Shown here: one piece after another, positions 1 to 10,800 of the stretch | How positions within the stretch are numbered: the stretch's first letter is position 1 | How the letters are laid out: each line of letters starts with the position of its first letter | Translations under genes and position numbers: made by a program | Assembly: GCA_043228905.1 (NCBI GenBank) | Contig: JBHGNT010000002.1 | Coordinates: 11,284,001 to 11,348,000 of the forward strand | Origin: Azolla caroliniana | Taxonomy: Eukaryota; Plantae; Polypodiophyta | DNA: 64,000 nt | Reading direction: 5' to 3' | Notes under the pieces: generated by a model | The model's input: the letters and a program-made list of their open reading frames with translations, nothing else | Told to the model about the DNA's origin: nothing | The model's database searches: none

Positions 1-94
1 ACACAACTATGGCAGTAGCTAATTAGCTAGTAGCTCATTAGCTGCTAGTAGCTAATTAGCTAGTAGGATAGCTAATTAGAAAAGACTAAGCTTA

Positions 95-2068
95 TTAGCT
101 ACAGTATGGTATACCTGTTAGTTTTCTCCACTCATTTGGTAGAGCTGTACTGCAATCTCCCAAACAGAATGCAGCAATTTGACAGGCATGTTGAAAACAA
201 AGCAGATGGTATGTGTGGTTGCATGGTTGTAAGTGAACCAACAAAGACGCAGTTTTGTCCTCCACACCTAACCCGCAAGCGATGTAACGTGCTTGAACTG
301 TCAATAAATCATTTTCTGGTTCTGCTTCATTTGGTAAGGGAGCAAGAATGTTCAGGTCCAAATCCTGTCTGGTCCTTACCATTCCCTCCACAAAATGTAG
401 CTGCTTCTTAAGGCAACTAACTACCTGTTCTTGATGAATGTATTGTTCCTTCAATGCAACAGAGAAATTTATCGATTAATTATTCCTGTTGTTGAAAGAT
501 ACACCAACTTTGGTCAGGAATCGTTTACTTACTTGAAGGTTATCCAAAATGTAATCTGCAACAGTATTTACACCTAGAAGGTCCAGGTTCATTGAAAGAA
601 CCTAGATCTCTATTTGCGGTTGTATTTTACGTTGGGGATCCAGTGGCCCCTCTAATTCAAGCTCCTGTTGCACAACCTATTCCAGATAATGCTTGATTAA
701 CACATTTAACCTTAAAGTTATTTATAACACAATCACATACCAACAAAACAATAGTTACCTGAATCTTATTTCTAATCGTTGTAACAACGGAAGTAACTTT
801 GCTCTCCATTGCAGAAGCCATTCTGGCTTTCTCTAAATCAGTCTTAAAAAATGCCAATGTCTCACAGGCTTCATGGACATTTTTTTGCATATAGCTAACC
901 AATGTCTCACCTGTATCATCGACATTGGCTTTCCTTGGGTGTCGATGTGGTGTATGCCCCCGGTCTTGCTGGGAGTCGGCAGTTGCATCAACAGCTGCCA
1001 TGCTCCAAAATCTGTCTATTTTTTGTGCCAAGGTCCCCATCTTTCAGCATCTTTTTACCGATGCCTCACCATAGACTGCCCAAGCTACCCTATACATTTC
1101 AGGGTCTCTGGATTCCTTCGCTGTTTTGCAGTACTCATATGCAAATGCTCTAGCAAATGAAACTGACAACTCATTGTTGACTGGGATCTCCTGATGAACT
1201 TTCTGGTGCAGTCTCATGCAGTCATCGTACAAGTCAGCTCGTACATGCTTCAGCTTGACCTTGCCTTTGACTCTAGGCACTGTATATACTGTCATCCAGT
1301 CTACATCACTGATCAATTTATCACTTAGGACAGTATGGTCAACACCCTCGAGTGACAGACCATAGGTGTTGTGGAAGTCCTCCTTTGTCTCGCAAAATTT
1401 TGCGAAGTTTAGCACTCTCGTATACGGAGGAACGAGCCATCTGAAATATCATTTCAGAAATCAGAAATAGTGCAAAATCAGAATATGTGAGAATCAGAAA
1501 CCCCAATCAACAACAACAAACATGGTGCAAAATCTTTAACTTAGCAAATCAGAAACCCTAATCAAAATCTGTAATCAGAAGTTTGAAATCAGAAACCCTA
1601 ATCAAAATCTGTAATCAGAAGTTTGTAACCAGAAACCTTATTCAGAAATTCTAATCAGAAATTTATAATCAAAAACCCTAATCAGAAATTTCAATCAGAA
1701 ACCCTAATCAGAAATTTCAATCACAAACCCTAATCAGAAATCCTAAATAGAAATTTATAAACAAAAACCCTATTCAGAAATTCTAATCAGAAATTCTAAT
1801 CTGTAATCAAAATTTGTAACCAGAAACCCTATTTAGAAATTCTAATCAGAAATTTATAATAAAAAACCCTAATAAAAAATTTCAATCAGAAATTTCAATC
1901 ACAAACCCTAATCAGAAATTTATAAACAAAAACCCTAATCAGAAATTTATAAACAAAAACCCTAATTAGAAATTTCAATCAGAAACCCCAATCATCACTA
2001 AAGACAGGATTAAACACAAAAAAAGTAATATAAACATACCTGTTGCTACTCCCCGATTTGCGAGACAT
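95..2068 (-). pseudogene. CACTA-borne 4-exon gene, ~398 aa, C-terminal RING-H2-like domain; two premature stops
   Basis: Coding exons 2068-2040, 1440-759, 664-533 and 448-95 have GT..AG introns with consistent phases, plus a 5'UTR intron at 2192-2097. Translation reads MSRKSGSSNRWLVPPYTRVLNFAKF...RYIACG...LQPCNHTYHLLC...FCLGDC...PYCS*. In-frame stops: TGA 1046-1044 and TAG 604-602. Confidence 0.7.
1445..1995. repeat. AT-rich degenerate tandem array (AAACCCTAATCAGAAATT-type units) inside intron 1
   Basis: About nine perfect AAACCCTAA motifs plus variants, interleaved with TCAGAAATT units, all within intron 1441-2039. Confidence 0.9.
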
Positions 2069-4079
2069 CCTTGTATGGGACTCCAAGGACTTCGCCCTAT
2101 TCGATTTTGGGGAAATATGAATCGGCACCAAAGTTCAGACAGTAGTCAAAAAGAAAAAACAAATGTTTGGGGTTTCTATAACTGAAACATACCTGGACGA
2201 TGATCGAGCGGGTTCTATGTTGTAGCTCTCAATCTGCAATGTCGATTTTCTGCTGTTGCGGGAGCTACGTCTGCGTTCGTGCTCTGAGTACTCCATCTGC
2301 GTTCAAAATCAGACTTAGGCTAAACAGGAAATTGATGACATTGAAGTTGACCTTAGATGATGGTGCTATTCCCCAAGTTCCACTACGTCTGAAACAGAAG
2401 TTCAAATATTTGAGTTTTTTCATAAATTAGTTTTTCAAATATTTGATTTTCCCACAAAAAAGACTAGCTAAACAAATAGCTAATTAGCTATGGCCATTTT
2501 AGTAGCTAATTAGCTATAATAGTGTTTCCACTCACATGCTTTTACCCTGTATCCACATTAGCTAGAATCGGTGCTGATGTAAAGGCTTTCTTAAGATGCC
2601 AAAAAGCCATATCTGCTTCATTGGACCAAAGAAATGCTTGTCCTTTCTTCGTAAGTTGTGTGAGAGGTAAACTAATCTTCGAGTAATCCTGTATAAACTT
2701 ACGGTAGAAGTTAGCAAAACCTAGAAAACATTGTACATCTCGTACCGACCGTGGAATTTGCCACTCTAGTACAATTTGGACTTTAGCTGGATCCATGGCG
2801 ATGCCCTTTGAGGAGATGACGTAGCCTAGAAATTCCACTTGCTTGCAGTCAAAGCTACATTTTTCTAGCTTGGCATAAAGACCATTCTTGCGGAGTCGCT
2901 TTAGTACTAATAGTACATGAGAATCATGCACTTCCTGGGTCTTCGAATAAATCAATAGATATCCAGATAAATGATCAAACAGATATCCAAGAGGTCTCTG
3001 AATATATCATTTGCCATGTGTTGGAAGACTGCGGGTGCATTGGTTAGGCCGAACGGCATAACAGTATACTCGAAATGCCCATACCGCGTGCGAAAGGCAG
3101 TCTTCCATTCATCTCCCGGTCGGATCCGCACGAGGTTATATGCTCCTCGTAGATCGATTTTGGTAAAAAACTTGACACCATTAACTCGCTCTAAAAGACT
3201 GGATATAAGAGGAAGTGCATACCTATTCCGGATGGTGACCTTATTCAATCCGCGGTAATCAACGACGAGACGAAGTGAGCCATCTTTCTTCTTGACAAAG
3301 AGGATGGGTGCACCAGCCGGAGATTTCGAATGACGGATGAACCCGCTTGCCAAGTTCTCCTCTATGTAGGCTCAAAGGACTTCTAACTCGGTGGGTGACA
3401 AGTTGTAAATTGGTCCCCATGGTGGCTTGGTTCCTGGTTGTAAATCGATGGGATAGTCATAGGGACGGTGATGAGGAAGGGTACCGGCTTTTACCTTGTC
3501 AAATACATCGGCATAAGGATGATATTTTGCCGTAAGTTGTACTGAGGATTCCTTCTTAATAGTGCTGGAAGGATGTACTGATATTGCAAATAGGAACATT
3601 GCCTCCTTGTGTCCTTCTTCGCATAATTGATGGAGTGAAATGGTCGAAACTCGGTGAGTAGATTCTTGGGGTTGTCGATATCAGAATTCTCTTGTTCTCC
3701 AATCTATGGCTGGATTATGTAATTCAAACCAAGGTAATCCTAGGACAATGGGATGCTCTGGACTACTAAATACTACACACACAAAAATACGTAGGATAAC
3801 TTGAATGGGTTCTGATTCTTCTACAATATTCCCGGAAGCAATGGGACGACCATCAATGACTACTACAGATGCGGGACAAGGAAGTTTTCTTAAGGATATC
3901 TGAGAAGCTTGGGCAAAATTTCGATCCATGAAACATGAATTAGCTCTAGAATCTAAAAGTGCTAGGACGGGTACTAGGGGAGTACTTTTACTACTAACAA
4001 TGACTTGGGCTAGGAACACATTGCTAACTTGCTTGGAAGGAATGGAACCACTAATGGGCTATACAGATCTAGGGTTGCT

Positions 4080-4124
4080 GTCCAGCCAAACGGTTCCTAT
4101 TTTGGCTGGACTCAATCGTTTAAC
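4080..4124 (-). promoter_or_regulatory. -1 ribosomal frameshift signal at the gag/pol junction
   Basis: G TTA AAC (4124-4118), gag stop TGA, then a perfect 11-bp stem GTCCAGCCAAA/TTTGGCTGGAC. The protease ORF is in the -1 frame. Confidence 0.8.
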
Positions 4125-5715
4125 TCTTCATCTAATCGACTAAGGATTTCAAATTTGTTTGAGATACTTGGGCTATTAGTACTATGAATACTATCAGACA
4201 CTCTATTAGTACTATTAATATTATCAAACACTCCGAAGGGAAGAATTGTCTCGGGTTTAGTGCAGGCGATGATTTGATTTACCTGTCTTCTTGGCCTATG
4301 GGGACAATTGATGGCGATATTCCTTGCTCCACCGCCATAAACACATAATCGATTGGCACGTCATCGTTGCTTTTCTTCTTCGGATAACGGGCCGCGTCGA
4401 CACATGGTGTCGATCTCCATTGGTGTTGGAATATTGGCTTGAGGTATGTCGCATGCAAACGGTTTAGCCGTGAGTGAGGCGTATGTGGGTTCCGACCGAG
4501 AGCGTGGTAGTTGTAACTGACGTTCCAAACGTCATTCGAAAAGGCGGTTGTCGCATCAGACCGCTCGACTGATTACCTCCGTAAGAGACTTTGGTTCTTC
4601 GGGGAAGGTTAAAAGCAAGTCTTTGACATCGTTGCGCAAGCCGTAGCGAAACTGCTCCATGAGGGCCTGATCATCCCAGGGGATATCTGAGGCGAGTAGA
4701 CGGAAATCCGCCGCGTAGGCAGAGGCTGGAAGATCGCCTTGATGCAATCTTCAGATTTTGTTGATCGTCGTCCTTATGTTGTCGGTATCTCCAAAGCAGG
4801 CTTTAAACTCACTAATAAAATCTTCAAAGTTATTAAGCAAGGGCGATTGTTTTTCTAGAAGTGGAGCAAACCATGCCAAGGCTGAGCCGCTAAGAAACGT
4901 GCCTATTAGGCCGACTCGAGATGCATCAGTGGGATATCGGGAAGGATACATCTGGATGACTAAGCGTACCTGATTAAGGAATCCCCGGAATTGCGATCGC
5001 GTTCCATCAAATTTCACAGGAAGTCCAATCTTGGGCTCTTTATGAAATCCTTGGGGACTTGATCCTTGTTGTTGCAACGCTACCTCGAGTTGTTGTACCC
5101 ATAACGCTAACTCCCCATGTTGTTGTTGCGTTTGTTGTTTTTCTAAAGTGATTTGTTGCAGATCCCCTATCAACCATTGGTTTTCTTGTTCCAGGGCAAC
5201 AAACTTTTCTTTTAGACACTGTAGCTCAGAGAAAACGGATTAATATTCTTGGGCGCTAACAGTAGCCATAGCATAGAAAAAGGATAGGAGGAGGAGGGAA
5301 AACGACAAGTCGACTTGAGGAAGGAAAATTGATTCCAACTGTCAGGAATAGTACTAAACAGAGAGAGAATTAGTACTAGAGAAGAGAAGTACTATTAGTA
5401 CTAAGAGGACGGAACTACATAAGATTCCCGAGAGAGGAAGAGAGAAGTGGAGAGAGAGAGAGATAGCGAGAATGAGAGAGAGAGAGAGATGATGACAACA
5501 ACTAATATATTATGTGAAAGATAAGTACAAAGTGGCTAGGAGGCTTAAGACTAGGGTTGAACCAATTTGGTTCAAAACAATGCCTTGTGCCTCCTTTTAT
5601 AATGTTTTTAGAAATAATCCTGAAGCTTCTAAAATGTTCCAGAGAGATCTGGAATATACATCAATTTTCAATGATAAAGCATAAATGAAAATAATATCCT
5701 ACAAATTACAATTCA

Positions 5716-5774
5716 TAGTCTAATGGTAAGAGCTTGACCCATGTAGCATAAGGTCATGGGTTCGAGTCTTGCCA
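5716..5774 (+). promoter_or_regulatory. tRNA-like Pol III A/B-box module in LTR U3, antisense to the element
   Basis: TAGTCTAATGG (5716-5726) ... AGGTC ... GGTTCGAGTC (5759-5768) with tRNA spacing; cloverleaf stems are degenerate. Confidence 0.65.
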
Positions 5775-5784
5775 TATTATGACA

Positions 5785-6578
5785 CGGGCCGAAAGTCGAC
5801 AGGTAGGGGCACGTAAGGAGCCGACAAGACTAATCAGGGCCGATAAGAAGCCGGCGAGACGGTCGAGTGCCAGTAAGGCGGAGGACTCCGCTGATCACCG
5901 TCGCCAAAATCTGTCACCCTTTCCTTTCTTGGCACATACCGGTGGATGTCGTGAAGATTTCCGGCTATAGTGTGAAACTGGGGTGGAATGGGCAAGTTGG
6001 TGGTGTGCAACATGTGCACATGTATAGTAGGAAACGGTGTATAGAATAAGGGGAGGTATTTATCCCACATTGTAATGCATCCCTCTCCTTGTTCTATAAA
6101 AGGAAGGGAGTGCCTCTTGTGAAAGGGTTGCCCATTTTGTCGAGGGTCATTTTGTTTTTTAGGGTTAGTAACTTCTTGGGAGTCTTCTTCTTCTTCTCCT
6201 TCTCGAGAAGTTGGGGGCCGCAGCCATGGTGGCAAAGCTTTGTTAGGGTTAAGTTCTTCTTCTTTTGAGTGTATCACGGCTCGAAGCCGGGGTTGTATCT
6301 TCCCCTTAACATATATATATATATATATTCATGTCTGTTTGTGCATAATGGTGTCTCTGATGGTGTCGGGTGCATAGCTCCACCCCTTTGTTTCATGTAC
6401 ATAGGTGTTGTGCGTGTGCTCTCTCTCCTTTTCTCTCTCTCGTGTTCAGTTGCCTCTGGTCCATGGCCAGAGTCGGTTTCCTGGCATCCCTTTCTTCGTC
6501 GTTCGAGACCCCTGTAGTCCCGCCCCTTTCGACGTGCACTCGCGAACTACCGCGACACCGGTACATGTCAAACCCGGG

Positions 6579-6612
<34 letters not shown>

Positions 6613-6859
6613 TGTCTATTTGTGCATAATGGTGTCTCTGATGGTGTCGGGTGCATAGCTCCACCCCTTTGTTTCCTGTACATAGTTGTTGCGCGCGTGC
6701 TCTCTCTCCTTTTCTCTCTCTCGTGTTTGGTTGCCCCTGGTCCGTGGCCAGAGTCGATTTCCTGGCATCCCTTTCTTCCTCATCTGAGACCCGTGTGGTC
6801 CCGCCCCTTTCGACGTGCACTCGCGGACTACCGCGACACCGGTACATGTCAAACCCGGG

Positions 6860-6895
<36 letters not shown>

Positions 6896-7120
6896 TGTCT
6901 GTTTGTGCATAATGGTGTCTCTGATGGTGTCGGGTGCATAGCTCCACCCCTTTGTTTCCTGTACATAGTTGTTGCGCGCGTGCTCTCTCTCCTTTTCTCT
7001 CTCTCGTGTTTGGTTGCCCCTGGTCCGTGGCCGGAGTCGGTTCCTGGCATCCCTTTCTTCCTCAGCTGAGACCCGTGTGGTCCCGCCCCTTTCGACGTGC
7101 ACTCACGCATTACCACGACA
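5785..7120 (+). mobile_element. Partial LTR with a triplicated 3' part; left part displaced by the Tcn1-like insertion
   Basis: TATA-like CTATAAAAGG near 6094. Ends ...CCACGACA at 7120, directly before copia RT coding sequence. Confidence 0.55.
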
Positions 7121-7145
7121 CCGGTACATGTCAAACCCAAGACAA
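6311..7145. repeat. Three ~275-bp tandem units each headed by (AT)n
   Basis: Units ~6311-6582, 6583-6863 and 6864-7145 are near-identical, each ending CCGGTACATGTCAAACCC. Confidence 0.95.
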
Positions 7146-7750
7146 AAGCATTGGGAGGTCGTCAAGCACATCTTTAGGTATCTAAGAGGAACAAAAGATG
7201 TACAACTGACTTCAGATCGGAAAATTTGACCGAAGTAGAAGGCTATACCAACTCAGGTTATGCCGGAAATACGGATAATTGGAAGTCAACATGAAGCTAT
7301 CTCTTCACCTATGATGACAACGCCATATGGTGGAGGTGAAAGTTTCACAAATGCACAACTCTGTTTATCACAAAGGTTGACTACATAGCAACATCTGGGG
7401 CAGCGAGGAGACCATTTGGCTGCACCAACAAGACAAAGCAACCATCCAGCGCTGACCATCTATTGTGACTCTCAGAGCGCAATACACCTCATTCGAAATC
7501 TAGTCTATCATGCAAAGACAAAACACAAGGGTGCTAGAGAAGGGAGCTTGTTCATCCTCAAAACGAACGAAGTCAGAACCGCGATGCTTGCAAAAGGGCA
7601 AAAGTTTGAGTCGGATATCGACCTATGGCACAAGTGGTTTGACCAAGTCAACTTCCCACAACTTCAAGAAATGCAGATGAAGAATATCGTTTTTGGGTTG
7701 CTAGAATTCAGTGGTCGAAATGGCCAAGTCTGCAAAGCCTGCCAGCTAGG
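7121..7750 (+). pseudogene. Copia RT/RNase H remnant fused to a copia GAG-pre-integrase fragment
   Basis: RYMSNPRQKHWEVVKHIFRYL and IYCDSQSAIHL...YHAKTKH are joined at ~7530 to GSLFIL...DIDLWHK...CKACQLG. Confidence 0.85.
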
Positions 7751-7876
7751 GACACCATGTATTGATTGGCAATATTTGTCCACGCCACGATTAGCCACAT
7801 TTGAGACGCCAAGACGCCTAAAGATGCGTGGGCAAACTTAAAGAAAATTTTCGCCGCCAACATGACCACCCGCAAG

Positions 7877-10800
7877 TGTTACTCCTAGGGCCGGACAACA
7901 GCCTAACACAAGGTGTCCACTTAAGACACTTCACCAAAGGGTGGTATGGCAGAATGATCGATCCGTTCGGATTTCTTCCGCTGCTTGCTAGAAAGCCTCT
8001 CGCCACCTTCTCCGTTCAGCAAGTCTTCGTGCTCTCTCCGTAACCGGGTCGTCTGTTGGCCTAGTCATCCGTTCCCGCCGCTGTTAACTGTGATTGTGCA
8101 GGAATCGTGGTCACCAAAACCTGTGTTACTCCTAGGGCCGGACAACAGCCTAACACAGGGTGTCCACTTAAGACACTTCACCAAAGGGTGGTACGGCAGA
8201 ATGACTTACGGCACAACGCTTAATTAGACCTTAATCGATTACTTAACAATACATCATTAACACGCGTAAGATATACAATAAGCACAGAACGGTAATCAAC
8301 ACTGAAAGATTAAGGCAATAAGTTCTATTAATTATCCGCTCTCGATTACATTGTAACCAGGCCTTTATATAGGTCTCCGGTGCGAAATACAAAACGATGC
8401 CAACCGGCACCTTTTCGGGATCGGTCCGGATCCGGATCGGCATACCGATTCCGGTCCGTCCGTCCACATCTTCTCATATATTACTATATATTTTAAGACT
8501 ACTAATTACAACAGTTCCCGAATAAACTATTCCTTTCACACTCTCGTTTGGATCTCCTTAAGCCTTCTTGCCAGCCGGTAACACATGGCACGCCCGTGGG
8601 ACAGGACCTTGTATGTCGAACCCATTATCCGTCCCTTTTATGCTTCATCCAAAATGTCCAGAATGCTTTGCTCTAAAATTTCCAATGGCTCGTTGGGAAT
8701 CTGTTGTTGCTGTTGTGGTTGTTGTTCTGTTTGTGCCTTCTCCGTTTGGGGCTGCGGCTCTATTTGTCGCTCTAGCACCGGCGTTTCCTTCGTTAATTCC
8801 TCCGTCTGAGTTGTCTCTGGCTGACTGGCCCCGGCCCGGTCCCCGACTGGTCCTAGTACCGGCGATAGTTCCTCATCACTAAGGTTGACCGTTGCCGCCT
8901 TTCTCGCTTTTTCTTCCCGAAGCAAGGACCGCTCATAGCTCTCAAACTGGATTTGAGCCTCCACTTGATCGTCGTCCAGTTGAGCTACGAGTTGCCGGAC
9001 CTGTACCAATTGTTCATCCACCAGGGCTGTGAAATATTCGGCCAACTCATCCCTTATGGTGGTGAAGTCCTCGGATGTCAGCGTATAACAGTCGTCACCC
9101 TCCTTCCGCCGGTTTTCCACGTCCGCCCTGAGCAATTGGAGTTCCGCCGTATTCTGCGCCCATTTCGTCCACCAACGCACAGAGTTGTCGTCAATCAAGC
9201 TTTTGGTCATGGTGAGCCATGACCGGAGGATGCACTGGATCCGTTCGGCTCCCATCCGTGATTTGTTTTCTGCGGCTTGTCGCTCCTCTTTCAATTGCTT
9301 GGTGATACGGACCGTGTCCGCCTCCTGCTCCCTATAATGCGACAATTGATTTTGATAGGTTGTTTGCAACCTCTGTAATAGCATTGTCGCTCTTTCCTTG
9401 TCTTCATGGTTCTGTTTGTGGAGCTCCATCCGGTCATTCGCTGCTTCCTCCAATAGCTTGGAACTCTCAACTCGTTCGTCGGCGAGTGCCGTTGTGGCCC
9501 TGTCAACTTCTTGCCGGAGCTCGGCCATCCGTTCCTGCTGTTGCTTATACTCTGTCTCCAGCTGCTTGTAGTCCCGATGCAGATGATCAAAATCATCGGT
9601 CTTTTGCTTCAGCCTCTGGTTGATCTGTCGGCGCGCGCGGTCCTCCTGGTCCTTCTATTGACGGAATTCCTCCTTCAGCCTCTCGATTTCCGTCTCCGCC
9701 ATCCGTCGCAACTTGTCTTTTTCCTGCAATAATTTCTCTTTTTCCTCCTTTAGCCGGTCGTAAGCATGATGTCCTTTACGCAGGTTCTCCTCTGCCCAGC
9801 GGAGGTTCTTAACAGTCATTTCTAATTCTTCTTCAGTCGCCTTCTTCAAGTCGCGTTCGCGGCTCCGTAATGCTTCTTGTGCAACAAGTTCATCTCATAA
9901 TTCCGCAAGCTCTTGGGCTTGCGTCGCATCTTTTTCTGGGACACTTTGTGTCTCCGGGGTCTTATTCATATGTACATCAACTGGAGTCACCGGTGCTTGG
10001 ATCTGCGTTGCGGTTAAGGCCATTTTGGCCATGTCTCCTGTGATCCGATCCAAGTCTTGTTCGAGGCACCGGATCCTTGACCGGGCCGCCTCCAATTCAT
10101 CGGTTGTGACGAGCAACCGTTCCGTTTGCGCTCTTTCCTCCGCCTCTATCCATCCGACTACTTCAGCAACTTGTTCTCCTATCCACCAGAGCCATTGGTT
10201 GCCGATGCACTATTGTTGCGCTTGCACGGCGGGTTGGCTGATGGGTTCACTCGTTGGTGGCTGGTCCCGCCTTATTGCGTCGAGCTGCACTTCTGGTTCT
10301 GCCTACTACCCACTTTGCCGTTCCAGCTCTGAGTGTGTTTTGGCTAACCGCCCCTTGTCTACTTGTTCTTGACCGGTTGAGGAGGTTGGCCTTTGTATAA
10401 CCGGCTCTTGAGTTGCGGGGCTTGTCGGTGTTGCCTGTTGTGCAGGGACTTCTGTGACCGGTTCCATCCGAACCGTTCCGGTGCCTCCCTTGGCGTGGAA
10501 TGCTTAGTGCGAGTTGCGGGCATTCCATTCTTCTGTGGGTCCGAACGCTTCCCGACTGATTCAGCGGTGCTCTTCACCGGCTACCGCTGGAGGTGCTCCG
10601 TGGGTTCTTCCTCCATTTCCTCCGCAGGAGTCCCAACATTCATTCTTGCCACCAAGGTGTTCGTTTCTTGTTGCACCGGTCGGTGGAGTGGGCTCTTCAA
10701 GGGCCGTGCCGGTGTCTCCTCGTGTGTGTCCGTCGGCCGCTTCCGGTTGGCGCGCTCCTTTGCCGCCTTCTTTGCGTCGGCCATCTTCCCCTTAGTGGCC

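Larger units (their letters stand above)
1..2524 (-). mobile_element. CACTA (En/Spm) DNA transposon, one terminus; other end outside the window
   Basis: The minus strand begins CACTATTATAGCTAATTAGC at 2524. Palindromic AGCTAATTAGCT subterminal repeats cluster at 2465-2520 and again at 15-100. It abuts the RT/RNase H region of the gypsy element at 2525. The TSD cannot be checked. Confidence 0.75.
2525..5784 (-). mobile_element. Ty3/gypsy Tcn1-like chromovirus, 5' LTR plus gag-PR-RT, interrupted near the start of RNase H
   Basis: LTR 5340-5784 (TGTCA...TGACA). Gag KEPKIGLPVKFDGTRSQFRGFL from 5173, degenerate Zn knuckle ~4360-4300, protease LLDSRA (3681-4019), [23 protein letters not shown] (2542-3599). 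Confidence 0.9.

Noticed and set aside
1445-1995. Interstitial telomere
   Set aside because: No contiguous (CCCTAAA)n; single motifs sit within longer units.
5716-5774. Functional tRNA gene (also the modules at 40836, 47229 and 59841)
   Set aside because: Acceptor and anticodon stems do not pair, so they are kept only as tRNA-like promoter modules.
6311-7145. Repeat-spacer appearance resembling CRISPR
   Set aside because: Units are ~275 bp with (AT)n between them, there are no unique spacers or cas genes, and the context is eukaryotic.
6269-7229. Many overlapping ORFs with YIYIYI runs
   Set aside because: They are translations of (AT)n tracts and tandem units, not genes.
7416-7841. Novel RNase H-integrase domain order
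   Set aside because: Better explained as a deletion junction between decayed copia fragments.
8638-10116. Envelope gene or host myosin/SMC-like gene
   Set aside because: No clear signal peptide or transmembrane segment, no introns, and it lies between paired LTRs.
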